Assembly (NCBI GenBank): GCA_035510735.1
Contig: DATKGN010000008.1
Span: 76,466 to 140,465, forward strand
DNA: 64,000 nucleotides
From: Patescibacteria group bacterium
Lineage (GTDB): Bacteria; Patescibacteriota; Microgenomatia; UBA10105; UBA927
Direction: 5' to 3'
Numbering within the stretch: position 1 is the stretch's first letter; the number at the start of each line of letters is the position of its first letter. The position numbers were made by a program, and so were the translations under genes. The notes under the pieces are model-generated. The model ran no database searches. It was given only the letters and a program-made list of their open reading frames with translations, and was not told the origin of the DNA. Of the stretch, positions 63,901 through 64,000 are shown piece after piece.

Positions 63901-64000
63901 GATTTGAGGCTGTTTTCCCTTGAGCCACTAGTATGTCATTCCGGATACTTAGGCCAAAGAGAGCGATGCCGATAATCCCTACGACGATACCCCCCGTCGT
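27950..64000 (-). CDS. Giant multi-domain membrane-anchored protein (at least 12,015 aa in window; 5' end beyond window)
   Basis: A 35,979-nt reading frame with no stop; the track gives 11,992 aa from the first in-window Met at 63928. The frame stays open to nt 64000, where it encodes ...TTGGIVVGIIGIALFGLSIRNDILV, a TM-like helix. It contains recognisable catalytic-domain motifs, TM clusters and low-complexity linkers (see sub-features). Confidence 0.9.
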   Translation of the reverse strand, partial: TTGGIVVGIIGIALFGLSIRNDILVAQGKTASNPLTKTIQWINSVPTKQQYEDDFGMLMPTQETAGLLGRRDNTFFKWFNATPFGIGQPGWNLGYAFSKYGVAETVRFVFGHVFVGTITAPINPVIGVVQALGWQWDPFTRILASTVAQYGMLDMLKMHISSTTFGPYSKTAALIGGFGVRAPIYTVLISSPDPVSKWILAGFVAHDLARFIPGINHLLTGQPTSLPPPTGTHTGFNALLRKLPGFNPTTKKYNELPWYVKWMWSDNPLPKGVKSLRDLLLATPKTHPAWYNVSRRIIPAALYGIGVIYTLGNPLPPTLPWALKSFALPNVFDLIRISFTPGGWYEFSKSDPYQQHAVALAEAAVNAEAAVTKDKIYMGATKLLTIIAAESDIDGVETTAAITELKTYMKTYVYPSIALFNKDAQFTKDLPGIRKLAHQLLLVRALVIPFADGKAKDWVGAIADGLRATPPQTDDAIIAPIITQIVAAIKSAIPDAANRPSDTIVTLQAKDFINGRLGQIKRWENALKPDSRLSNTNDVATLTNQVKAFVGIAAGENPVYYEKWVAYAAQKKAATMPTAVPPGVGPVALPTQNEANAGHARYRAFLAGLPGTVRQQIKDDINLELVFTGIIAERSNGLAQPNRTILMSAINRVAGMSAFEVTTPAPSSSNILVIINLAAVERVMKLPSNLNLFPSVDWTNVALWMQNHPQDWFQNGLPEGNMRYGVLSGYPRSITEKFVRFQALKIRLSSLSPEDLTKLSDHWAGRVVLPRADVLAILQKVAVLTPDDRNFMADDHILPQPLMGDGFNADDDAYMLWIGQMLNISRAFTPVAAASDADIANAANELLKDENNLTNAVNVAQAQTVIETALNSLTFPDAAAKAAELARALAAANVKAIQIHSARVAFRGYVTTQRPGLIADLFAGQTVPAAVTSRKAAFELVPQFTALKALEPTVIADTYITAEANNIVTDIGSFPTITNVTSMVQAGAQALVAGGDSAARDAAITTELNRAVPRGTRAQDVYDAWIAHELLSLWPAAQAEYDLIINTPPDPVAEAHQMMENIRTFISAGGVHPVDEVAIQINAWENLNNLTASMKSRALITKSQLTDAKTALITIATESISPQLRDAFVANPLYTATLEKSYLTNWFTTLGVEKRTSTRMINKVMNESQDLAAAIRAWNDLHIQLQGKPSINSPLGTLGAQVSDVVSGVRAFLSALSVEINDQIAAAAPSTTLTPYQQLIDYMKANWTDAHPFTSLIKRGSDIAKASRALTKAINTAGPTGPTLTLDAQSIVEYVNDALSNTLYTGLFRSIDDKNAFYDALNGTTTGASVTTQKQNYDKASAIIDRIARQTTGDRWLPSLLVQIKGKLVSAKGRVTAPTTMSAAITAAIARLNALASTDAAYKQAVDAAVTSLQAPNTQLSVTQEIVRNLLINTIPAGVRGRRGPSNTELRPLINQPVVDAIIQAARDQIAAAPQSGFTSQLIGDNSIYIIQDQNGAFYIKALKVNVTLNGIAMNIGDQALIHEIDKIILPNLLTYTFRIDADGLPYLWKTDGSQFIAIYEDGSVTIVPVQPVVDTWDTTIGSGKDAGIRIADVTIPANAFTLGHTPTGFYIIPNIDNVVVIDGRVSAIGAQTTIQDKSIIEIGSTKWIAQINNHGEIDFTEFNGTYYLHITADGVASVFDASDVTGVTDVLVGKGKGTAYHTDKPEASKTMGQDAVITTKPGVYSIGDADGASKRPRSAEGAQYVVARMQQIQKAAMKLPLPEVTGFLQAQMKDVNGEMINEFGDKNAGTIYSGAFIHPSGRLITIRVGDGDMMLLREGRIYPLNTLRRASADVINGSPLIQAEGNLPNGLGSTLFWGANIEMYQMYEGDRVMLLSDGFRKYARRGAGFNTEVFNILSGNGLTPDMAASKMVGRVAQLIGNKPIDDTSGIAMFVNKLPKSGAKVAVPVVQQDAIRKLPSTLRLPDVPTAQTNQLASYQTTIDALATIFTGTSLNGFIAGTVGGSAYAQKIINQTTANIPVVFTTTALKDTAPDLAQKVRDLKNTAPKDLKTPLENLAKALDALNPTKPQTSTVEAVVAAFTPKGINPAVAKIIRKFIEDLLSGPSSLPSMALVNNISKALQSEVTGALWRSILGIARKAGNNEEIINLAIGTIASNADRVQIIQSNLKILQQALRVNTTNYESWGGVKVDLDQFIQDQQTRLVKPFILMNIAGKDADKSSQREELAYAYGKWLYDSLSAQYDADSTAADEQMSGLTMTNRIVTSEITSLANKYYTIQPNKLADTFRQSIYNSLSKKSGIPVSTYQDVQGNNNLVMFPLIKDALRQAYHQAGFSPALAPMIKQLQKAASAPVKSRGDLEADLLRAQFKIITADPVFQKVQPLFTDPVSLFDRWIQTAEGGSITTPVFYDESIIGGLGARLRDIRTTLRLEPSGTGLNTLVTNGQHLLTTTLAPINISIEQFAKSLGYSDTTSLLTDMINGDGVHSADATTDIIIEKLKNGTMKDLMDFYNGFIQAFNSMNSPIAENDLTRTKNLLASAIAQFSSEVPPATFQYTDTTSILRDPVEKRVAAFLQYLIDQSLTKAVKPTTPVVKPPKTTARAAAKTQVKQTQSQLAKVVNALKSINVSLNGFTITAVDRATLITQLQNDILPLINDRIASLQSVNALTRLQQALESAVLPIYRVYGLERDIQSLISEISLKIEAIQLAKKTKPFPATIESLPPTLTDQERDIYNNSIKLNGPKSPAEQVIADKAVARFNAITLLPPREAARLPDSEYQQWTNVHGLQTEKVDISRLDLVSQLVDADIARGEDFSLQALRSRLLASQLTTNRNDLLNSGSYTQENVDAQIAQNTQINYQLQGFIVKVEAAIPSDRTSYDALVTSVQNAKLLSVRRLPSTAKQSTIDTALTTLRGQIVDAVVKSVVQDITNAISTTGTTTLTASNVITILGSYNITLTADDLTALDFAISGAQAKGKELYTQKHDAIQAYFTVSRRRVSIIRAILANEAAGGRYDVSNLINWSGRPSLDSADPDQSTLFQNILVGLHTDAIGMLSALNTAFVQERNSIQTDAVAADDPDGLVVSRITAIADVSQFNGKPIPATIQAWWINVTVADQLAIIKPVLDKVKQKQTDTEEIFRSVPRSITEGWFSAPNIADVTIAIGQVATDPDLASLRTQATRLQERIQDARARIASGIVDDALHAVWYAGLNRMTDSGQSAQVIEQHLTAMGVLLTSISTGAYGAENTTWTTALLDQTLESEFAQGQKDGLALAADTLVTDTLQPLLEGDFRSAVKAWRNGDKGVQGLQSLLGEVAALVDTKIDADGITIRQLTNLDKLLRGIEDGLADQTGLTGIIQASINVQQLIDHIQAHITLINTTILNDTLTTPPIITINNTTYAKSTATKNKLTRGSLSSLLADVVKSGPIAVRQSHYSLGTDGGFGADDTTDYPVISSSNLRDWENALIEKYQDEKNGGVVSIRPVAESELTYYFLFAGTLSDGTNTWQRYVPSEVELPQSWRTATVNAVPYVAAERTALNPLLTAWRSEDVNGIIDVSTHKADETGIAFGSYKQVPISSDLDKNISEQIQPGDFVRLHLGSNEPIVVRFMGKVGENGQNVWQHYIAATAQADLDKLKKANRPATLDMLNALKDDGVSVDDYLENYRYIDPVRRSTDFHELVLMTRFASDLTRELHQQGLMTDVGILYENQESALERIPATELETTYQKTGNAYTMAIHILKSNELDMLGLTFINPNQFLVGSDNLPPVLTETRNNLLGTSGEQTIPVLAMIVAKQTNQGIGTKVISAIETVAKDTYHFGGMGMWSLKNAAVLNLADGLNFRTGESQNNLDSLQRNAAPEQMYTLFDGTTMSVPAVDPILRKAIDEKQQAIVTLAKRAIALGSVDAITGTYSFTKLQSIVTMLEEQTARTVASKLFARLPAGWKGNPQVEQMFIDALLSGTIPIASLNDLARATPAELKSIQQAINTLAKASGNFPDFLARLPIFVRVIGSTNINQIPQALSQTQLAINALEKNTSLPAEVKKATTLHDFIDLTDVNVIVQNELFNSLLGANAGSTPAESTARITQQYGINTSEFANLLAAVTEYEWGRKQDILNNDQSEVIIRDQMAALLSARNDQFGLLSQAEQNNIIAALRVSYPDSMSLEHMTTDFTPGGKRADVLGVLDTYGGRVNTSVFASVILHTPDRPYDWPTIYAQSSAVKQILYQVSDKNTQELYGEAFTLLKQAISLAGGDNTVWSVMRGDIDVAINAMIVLTTNLPQVAVPQGLPDFSPNNKVEANFNENDVRKFVASLHLPAGEDERYVQEILTNQITFRTDMVTTAFEDIQNAYLPEPKEYTPEEINRLIIMATYGPFAQSLSNVTFISASLMMHPWPNVMALLKAGSIIGSRGQSINTDFGQNQPDASEFQTGVREALQYSNFASTEEYARAHIAGWLLDTILTVQEYHEAHGSLDSLQKQAVTLGKIDSDISQLLRSDLSSETIQSSLQTIYQELRTLMPAGSKFPANASKAIDALIQSIENYQKPPTNPESPSSPPGGGAPPTGTKPPGGGGSNAGPTETNGGTTTGTDQQQIATRLLFFRLIGLWTEQKQQELHAANELAMMDILGPGPVLTQYVNGASDTVIRQTIQERLTYFGVTDTLLTQAIAGKNQEAVITDLDQLLVSMYADQKLSRADLKVAMNEYLTNPGESKTAFVLANIVGPTDTAAIQQFIAEIGNPLDESMRNLTGETIAARLVQNADARDASIVNQIAHELSSLHDVPTVVAQVTRARSIVETRQAQQAQLTLREQQKQALEAQLLDAEAQWQSSSVISADDTRALIAGSEALAKERAVHESAAARVVTSPIVSALLPALYLESNLAAARTTGDILYHAAASKSPQQVIIDRVVTALEIARRPVFINYVDLLLSLQRTLLDDPSVRSAITTGSRDQIDNALREYLRQNGVADGVLASANVDENLWIASTRNALLRVLAAIEEKQANNNAQTAQAAQLTAQLTMFQRVNDYISKTGWNLFKKGDYSNLSKELQIVLFRPEEEDFTQNPDLLYLDNFVRSVVDQAMRTGDVAGLQWNTVLAAFEKNADIQATYATASQREQAKSILHFLFAVHVQEGLQALLATHPRGDKNYVFANILPMQTIGWRLHFVKATQDGIQLSWIVSPSDFKRYVYASSLQIGFDPQILQNGVDPQIKMFIGNDRVPLTVDNTITVQMQDGSQINVLLRRTNATNYELVIRAKGDTNDVVVPVQFPKPLSSYAPQRRPIPTGAYVFAALGIASVALTILTFGSAVPFSIGLLSWIGFVTTGILITPTLFSVIAPPEYTTLPDAAKYTTKQLLESKPVVANSPVSGNQVNTTTGVVANPSTVTNANVGNTQVNVPSNKNISPSEQISQQIASQRQLLNTSLTSFASDLKGVSQNYSNLEFSSDDVATMNTVATTIQSYVSGNQTDTNHITQYINTFLSTDVGQKYLEVSTRSVTGEQIRQTNYQNLQAALTSQATQIQNKYFTNDKHAVVSISVIDLNTGKIFGVNDSVHMTMDSNLNTVKVYALISLLEQQGLSGQDLLNYSPQGFNGMTVSQIIDSQLAQRKGEQKVATQLTQYLSTSSVSNQVNNLLATIGMSDTDLTSNTSTTADIMKFWSYYNAHPIQDATVSQAMTQSLTLLNEDLRTSDWWSHQDEQGYLLSILNYRGGFVPKGSGYDNLLNQKGFSSIQTKDPFAINLFSSYTDSPHLWIRENNSGIIQLPNGQRFGVSMAINGDNLSHRDFNFIEGASLLDYETAHLGATIATAFDTGMAYLQQNRAQTATAYYDGERGQQGWGKLSNVADVSSRISGTIIEPGKSVNIANIAFGKTMPTHFVVYNGLNGSGICTDAATLGTAIEQTGIDGLFVKPGYALHEPFDHEPFLAGWYGNLSNYSFSTGFPYVVVNNSDKRLKIVYTSNYFTLDESKPNTAVLNPWFANNGYILGKNAPTDSTNNIVPDSLEVINKESFKITAWVLEVDKTGNPIPNSPINQKYFASLNNQPAIDANSQVNIKTINNVIVQVNTLQGQLDQLSLQTNPSQASLANSTTGASSNSQPLSVQAAPRVDKNLLSLIANYSRQTPMTYSPSDIANIPSLADAQLNPIQPISTPNGLNVDSLGQLKKDHPVYTTPFGQHVIENNGKYYDADTGAYITNDPSKIYVQVANSLYENKYLRNPNLPNVILNDQDLQSKAWKGILIALDSELQIIGKNKGRDYSRDAIEIIFQSGSTQEKVDALNAIHAAISIVDPYTETTAARSPQTYHIPDAIGVGACGDQSTLAQAYLSTMGIPSSVTWLAIRDAHAVVTTVIDGTRYAMDFSFSNEIGADTTLYSSENFDALKKKYPGVAMGETDMIQRYFAGAGGQGVRQVVTVPFDIFLKEFYLPNNPDSKNMSLLPVTTVGVGSLFVPLSEVNSHTLDLSTNFALHVNNPSLFTDELALMRESLKNQTNDFVQNELPYVIHEDKGVVKTLVDSIRTKLQEDIRNRATSVTTVVHTIGNFFVPKVTMNVTDTVGTNGKSVSRSVNYVRKEQDDMVKFIRTEYSGELTFTDAIAAEEARITKSGRPVKFLVSEFMNEVMKTGKHVSGSEKNTRIIRAVALFDLVLQANKGKSFTDAQLFAIYDAIASDHIAVQLPTGTGKTYAAACVALVRSLFQSGVLVSSANVDLATRDLHDVSDLFSVFGVPSGVVDKGQYLTPNVPIIYGKLTDIAQAYSLALQSGVNIPLADYTLIPDEGDKSVLQEALTPIVRTGQAAEAENLSTIEMNVLSALAGKMQGWAGNRDYYTFDPEDITLSSLTPKAIAELSILQPTGMSDDTFAGYVEFAREASLMKEGVDYLYDQTTGEITILDDEQITDADKKFQSGLQWALEAKHGRTQNFTQISDTTFDLQTTMTFVREAGSVVIFTATAFQEGNELETYYGLIPKAIPFPLYISMAKQNQNNPEYLLVQLYDQASKQWIYSVVHKQSGAWVILEKDRVDYSPRLFITDSAKEQALGQDSQSIRAQHRAVLVAVKNEGALSALRSTAAFANAIFISERAGGDKAENIARAGTSGNIAVGTANIGRGVDFQPDQQVREAGGFFELISGLQKSSTLEQIRGRVGRLIPVSKGKDQIRSWGATRQYISLDDLKEVLGANDARILNLENGLSGEILPSDSRYASFMALVDEAETTIQNREQVARETQFLSDNANDQMIATNRTDALKGFGAARQTYDWMLQRIINATGAKDVKDKYLQAAGDAWKQYLQNLEELKTTAWMGAMNEKIDQPVYYANRSSQLLRDLIAQILKTIPVDTIASGYAIRTGDTCKGSMANCVVEAIITQRAIESIDRSDISVTEKLRLLNIFTPNRSDVTPNQYVQHLARISAERARINPSIKTSQSPSFISSTIDTIGNFIKDHFRGIAAVAGFPLVTAAAYFIIKALESNGARITAAVAAAGAVISPVIMTALPTVGILAGIAGIGTLAYFAFRAPMIRRRATVLLIGLTLAAIVAGYFSTIQNNRNSASLPSQVNNVQVVQQQKPSVNTINPQVNPVNPVNPANSAVNPVAGNNEQVGNNSTSQQQNAPPAVNQQPIQPPASVSQEVVVPQSAVAPVAQSATNVQVAADNSLSVANVPGSINRHVYTSQVDKFGGAVMKILDDWQNDPTKRNAISASDALRQGLKANGFADMADKLEGTSAYTFLDFTSTGFSNEEVQCIAFANIMQQSGLTDFPGGINDFSTIGGAVAKQIVGNDLNNSPAGIVYVKGQYAVQRVQSQADLDAGLGHFIVLYNKGSKEPGHILFLLSDKTADGKYRVYDANYLDDGTVNVNGIKTIKSDGEVRYSELTFDEFVNKYGTIAPGPGKSQIAIVLTKEEAQAATQMAQNSVLPVGFLAGTLLKLSDAFGSLIFRSQLLAGLVERYRNRKAIVKVTTVQSTARNAAVTVLFNRFQQLNVQWQTQEQAKSLSLPNIITFFRYWAGALKSLNQLASQLSQYRNIQFVPQINTVTLKQAVEVKTTNAKTSVKKAKPARPGVRLAPTFKIDPSIALAAVRAGQPLRNVALPAKDYIRQKAKAIRRQACGVGAMHLVPAVYAAGGTVGGAGCVVGHIIDAAEPIVEAAMDAPIITAIDASGITAEAQPNTTSTKENSSDYIDWSIVENSVQNAVSEFQKSGVKPKYITEESVMQGLQSFQQLLDSLPLETRKSLDYTTFIRVATGLIPVGYMNNSIDFSQDQLQQLQSYFKKYLGVLLLTSSKGTYILVNIKAVTAVIEENSALFPSGLASSPTRTIEQEIAKIMFAAKMTPELINLTSLLEGFPVIPHQQSHLETVLRNSVATEVSPETERPTIDELITILNQTQKVTPRTQAEKDTLRREMEKYKSLIPWIDQSLISTRMTTKWYGAQYVTEDQRKEIEIYERFDQRIMDGWVAAQEGVPTDVINNDLRSSGLISGLYRREAYSDFIGAQRKYGLPKLLLPTIIRTATIDDPISFVVKTISMFHRTLENTIARDNSSTFWEKTKYRVLYIPIFFLTSLMSGYSNNSSGAVRVSIFPATAFLYFYAFRAPPNPLTLIPDTVLLGIQPFTIPAAIQHELTHASVVSNQFRINFTNNLPNETFTDYFHEEAVQHASLYKKVSYILLHLESVIVGYFRSHGPIEYVLTSVDQLAGLPPGSAQIAFGHSYFAAPGHEADFFQLLERVVGDDSNEVWNILNSSQWSPLKMRRLKAIFARHALSNDSCIPTESFFGLVFAQTPSCALQPGGRYKAHAIDQDGTVAPTGTMMTVPIAGRWWKVGDKVKNWFAWRFGTQPTVAADEQIDISSGLSNQPIMQVDGGDLGTGQEPVRAISQIQPKPQVQDPVQVVQQAVLTKRITELDQIDFTSVNAPQEVRRIVENQYGLMSDTERGPPDQMEIVISLVVTTIVTRYQHLPLLSTSQTNVIDQNLLREQLTAADVIDDPDSKKIDPEYLDDSTGKAMVSALSKLANAVANHSFVTRIDVANSPEYSDLRKAVFTFTKKFYGAAESQNLYIRPELVANVALEAVGAPETLKQIPGRVVPGQLLKRSPGALEYQQILDKAKHDFAIELSQGKFTEADLEQFIRDKVQIVTINGVDVTVISANHDTYGSFVDPIIEAYIRNQRTKAIVDEYVGPDVLPSLQTGLVQSIYGSALVEDSRFRFDRSVSNIARDVHKPLLATDIANKPLYMAMRGDDIGVLTTGVTLARYLLPSISFLRDVVFTGLVSPLVQFHALHFVIVKAMVIFGVGAFDPNNIHWYEAILTHLEDARRIFAAEGIALATKEFEATPGSTDTNQIIVLYPSAHAIRIVDNLAQQNPVVRVLTSIKRLIYRLTPFLDFSVRRWEWSDTQTGPLKDDQELRGWIKVSENKLPWFSSTITDQSALGNCSPFSFNLFGVVFAQTPSCALKPGNRYKAYAIDQNGVVAPTATDMTVPIAGRWWKVGDKVKNWFAWRFGTQPTVAADEQIDISSGLSNQPIIQVWGEDVVGGQAQNQPPVLADKPDPKRQTKIFADGQYWLNSQLTEIRPYVEPGYLLQTDYVGAGKKADWIISSTQRSKDVWINGVPVITHTSEPIHIKNNDLIETPSGFWRVNIDANQTMHVVPVITNAPSSVTLSSSAFLDALMVASHQGLDEQAKQSIRQTIDQLVTLYIQPDVHSATQRSNQLYYDSVPLARLSPATSGRQTYDLKNAEVIKVDTSVETITEAYIWLFFPQFRKNLARVTGWGMVADTTADTKYIREARVVPLKSFGPIDELVKSIADVHRYVPDAAIADQEIKALLLPYGIRKEEDIVRVRELLDFMGNTLKAGDVRLDQMGYQDDGTLVIFDWGNTNMLAVAGQAADNDYNFAQYFDFETYVQKRAAEEKKAALQAQTNTTATVGCDTPIGLIPSVFAQNGKLPCITLTPGQKIMATEIINGRLGKKKEMELPLAGWYGVITEEGKSVGHVSQFMAILDPQIRVPTTESILVGDIWARKYDLNNAVMLVDGKDLVPGAVGNAPQPVKPQPIAAPKIPPLLPENNTETAQSIIQTIRAYINSPSIDPQIVTNMYVALSFELPQYPQDFQTNINNVLESYKIRPYSDLNDSQKLQRVRELQGLAELALKYIAMDEGRRVTVAAFRDVTEAQIQSEKQAAFGNIFSGAGYNIIPEDATAMSSLSNRAKNVLLRAQEIVPDKKKEFENAGTDIQDYLSWPTLEDPFELRVEREGFRAGVNATLRDIYRFEGDKLFPLFLQTMTSSKLNITKMQSVANELLSILPAGSVQDEVLQFIVDNNPARYNAFTKDQQVAAVADLITLISKSVDDLDVLYPAGGANFGFGAIPFVQHSLLFLGNWIAPLWTWIPGLPRVATSSIYALTQPGTWQYLFDRTSALVQSIVPESVQNSLTFAGARTIVQPGPFQNPARSNPPTPPQNTDPKAALVLVEQQRQVAEAIADGFLNNYAYLDDKTRVMMRQSIVAQLVSHPDILSFFTERFYDRLHQQSIAHLTIEDFPPDARPLVDAAFLQMLDDADGIPQPVWRSSSLPIVLGPGKQIITTIDGKTIYSINQVMNANGGQSVLGNYALRLIVYGIQKALGPGFSIVRLKGDTYGIIGPENTSTAEVEASVTEQLKLLPMLYREGGNVVKKPIDVHFAPYVPAPQDEDGVGLADLTTMEKVLQPDQRAWPYTPADLDRIGKQHSLFTLLTDEIQQKMGSTFGGPTIRDFLKQLAASILVDDVLDKKAQDLEKSFRAESGDQSVTVTAFADRFDAILSSRIATHPTKLLVVRLSIGQLIKPFNTDFGDAAGDEVIQMQFEKYAQFLFHRWGVKNIFIKREAANDMYVLLDASQARDLEELRSYFLTQLPYIEKGGKKYLVRPTVSSAIMDLVPTGLDQSDAVNLSRLEGVISTLDTANALDDARQTRAYFFDVIGTPLAREPYEWEYLRGRLDPSDTRGALRLIQQYGVTNTEMTQLMKLTPTAPITTTTDVAKYQSWERYLGSLIIRLPWWRRGVLGGLRIILPNSSQPSPAPKSSGGVDVSALPIDLANAKEGLRAYDQLLSRLPDEVKSVITKTDNVRKVYAGYYPEDSTQFTIWMNKLSSEDRALLIAAIGKNPTYGVVRHANGQYSLLNFQAAGKVIRAPANTGVFPEESLADPKEWLTDNPSEWDTSTSYDRLHTIRLALLSGIPRSAAENYATSDDATIKLSRADLSNFSLWEKFLLLDYRTGIDNPTSGLENWLLSIDPVKKDRHPGFLTGTLRRIFEKTGVLTNEQITLLLNAYMTSGQFRGFVPEDEQWAIERERIYTQALVAPLVPLNVQNSAQPINPSTTTYGIRELLQEFWKGINRIGIMPAGIPASNLGNLNVFEPLHGHTTFRTLIDAVRPMLSDVEVQELSHFIIDPRYSTSEMYGAVNQSDARDMASAYIVNAVSAIGKIAADLGPKGFGIERSESDISMMNLYVSSVMKEGAVFTLEPNNVLFAVLIRIGYLDYHIPIGTEKLKHPEPFWRFTAQGLRFVQENNEPYTMSGPGGVQSKFSGFSLAPNNYVPPATQPPWYQRVWEKVKSFLSKVNNPDCFSYNPLVSRVYAQDGTSVGTNCSISIRVGFKATSGLGGIGNFIWIKHYSDDVRGFMTKEFGGPGDERRKRLSLAFLLLLLTRSDALQCNAQPAISDILSGIGHLPSLLALPIDVIANAYNVIRPGNIPAVTNKYYQPFSQTIQDSINLYKEAHPGNAVYWNRSGGYTSTSDFYSFVTKSIDISPSDLKNQNPIDTVSPEYLASILQYKTNLMSANADMYLGKTSPSNFMGLLYLAKSNGSHDLGRLLYGMQGSGHFTDLTDQRRNYFDMLSSFIEQESQTSGAPTSSSHVLELFLEQDNGNINASVADLADFYKYAAREREWGTSDETMNNYMNEYWMSKNILDTFSTSLPYNQLLVQAHPEVYAAIHNGDANSMSLLDNIYYDYNLSDRMGSPYHVVTMSALLDKVSPDVVSFLIQKLYFDPGELSYQGLRKLETDYYAINDLYTVNRLLDSHSSNPQLEKMCGKQVMPNSMRAQ
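35585..35830 (-). repeat. Intragenic repeat copy A (giant gene)
   Basis: See copy B. Flanks are ~80% identical and the core is 100% identical. The protein repeat is FNLFGVVFAQTPSCALKPGNRYKAYAIDQNG.... Confidence 0.9.
37570..37815 (-). repeat. Intragenic repeat copy B (giant gene), ~245 nt with an 89-nt core identical to copy A
   Basis: Core 37595..37683 = 35610..35698 exactly. It encodes MTVPIAGRWWKVGDKVKNWFAWRFGTQPTVAADEQIDISSGLSNQPI within a ~100-aa protein repeat (FFGLVFAQTPSCALQPGGRYKAHAIDQDG...). Confidence 0.9.
40550..40900 (-). other. Possible papain-fold Cys-His peptidase/amidase-like segment
   Basis: EEVQCIAFANIMQ (Cys preceded by Gln) and, about 63 aa later, GLGHFIVLYNKG (His). 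Spacing and context resemble CHAP/NlpC-P60-type folds. Weak. Confidence 0.25.
41500..41800 (-). other. Cluster of ~4 TM helices in the giant protein, followed by a Q/N/P/V-rich linker (41,150-41,450)
   Basis: GIAAVAGFPLVTAAAYFIIKAL...AAVAAAGAVISPVIMTALPTVGILAGIAGIGTLAYFAF...ATVLLIGLTLAAIVAGYF. The linker has PQVNPVNPVNPAN, encoded by the tandem ccgggttaaccggattaaccgggttaacc. Confidence 0.6.
42650..44100 (-). other. Divergent SecA-DEAD / SF2-helicase-like P-loop ATPase domain within the giant protein
   Basis: Walker A QLPTGTGKTYAAAC at about 44,030-44,060. DEAD-like YTLIPDEGDKSVLQEALTPIV, as in SecA, near 43,745. IAVGTANIGRGVDF at about 42,760-42,800, matching SecA TNMAGRGTDI. Motif VI LEQIRGRVGRL. 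Confidence 0.65.
44950..45250 (-). other. Transglutaminase-like cysteine-protease core (Cys-His-Asp) within the giant protein
   Basis: AIGVGACGDQSTLAQAYLSTMGIPSSVTWLAIRDAHAVVTTVIDGTRYAMDFS follows the TGase-core pattern G.C...a.....lr..GIP.R.V.G......HaW.ev.......D. Confidence 0.55.
46600..47500 (-). other. Possible penicillin-binding/beta-lactamase-fold (D-Ala-D-Ala carboxypeptidase-like) segment, degenerate
   Basis: AVVSISVIDLNTGKIFGVNDSVHMTMDSNLNTVKVYALISLL resembles the l.DantGkvL...paSltKlmTayl start of S11/class-A folds, and a later VPKGSGYDN resembles K[ST]G. There is no canonical SxxK, so this may be inactive or mis-assigned. Confidence 0.25.
48040..48215 (-). other. Transmembrane hairpin (2 TM) in the giant protein, followed by an N/T/V-rich low-complexity linker
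   Basis: AYVFAALGIASVALTILTFGSAVPFSIGLLSWIGFVTTGILITPTLFSVIA. Confidence 0.6.
58330..58900 (-). other. PP2C (PPM)-type Ser/Thr phosphatase-like domain within the giant protein (approx. residues 1680-1870)
   Basis: GVYSIGDADGA (motif 1 region), GTIYSGAFIHPSGRLITIRVGDGDMMLL (motif 2, GT..a....vGD), DRVMLLSDGF (SDG motif), and IDDTSGIAMFV (C-terminal D-[DN]-x-[ST]-v-i motif). Confidence 0.6.
63929..64000 (-). other. In-frame hydrophobic helix upstream of the first in-window Met of the giant ORF (likely N-terminal TM anchor; true start outside window)
   Basis: Manual reverse translation of 63929-64000 gives TTGGIVVGIIGIALFGLSIRNDILV with no stop codon. Confidence 0.5.

Noticed and set aside
1-64000. 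Possibility that the giant ORF is an artefact of an alternative genetic code (TGA read as sense, as in some CPR lineages)
   Set aside because: The ORF track uses the standard code and still yields full-length, well-formed homologs throughout the window. TGA also ends a gene with a conserved C-terminus (12211-13209 ends ...TNW-tga). So standard stops are in use.

Overview
The window has two parts. Coordinates 1-27,900 hold a densely packed, strand-mixed cell-envelope glycosylation island. It contains nine large polytopic membrane proteins, most resembling GT-C (PMT_2/ArnT/YfhO-like) glycosyltransferases and falling into at least two paralog subfamilies. It also contains four family-2 glycosyltransferases (one partial at the left edge) and a nucleotide-sugar tailoring module: two Gfo/Idh/MocA dehydrogenases, a DegT-class aminotransferase, a hexapeptide acetyltransferase, and two NAD-dependent epimerase/reductases. 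Other genes are a GIY-YIG mini-nuclease, an AlaX-like editing-domain protein, a Thr/Pro-rich membrane-anchored protein, and a small signal-peptide protein. Coordinates 27,950-64,000 (56% of the window) are a single uninterrupted minus-strand reading frame of at least 11,992 codons, which still runs open at the window edge. This is a 'giant gene' encoding a membrane-anchored multi-domain protein. Domains recognisable from the sequence are a PP2C-type phosphatase fold, a transglutaminase-like Cys-His-Asp core, a divergent SecA/SF2 DEAD-like ATPase, two internal transmembrane-helix clusters, low-complexity linkers, and a 100-aa internal duplication whose DNA has an 89-nt perfectly identical core. 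Other notable structure: a 230-nt intergenic element present twice in inverted orientation, with a compensatory base-pair change in a conserved hairpin, bracketing a three-gene glycosyltransferase cassette; a (CGAATCA)x4 heptanucleotide tract inside the aminotransferase gene; and 4-nt ATGA gene overlaps. Standard genetic code (TGA is used as a stop). No rRNA, tRNA or CRISPR array is seen.
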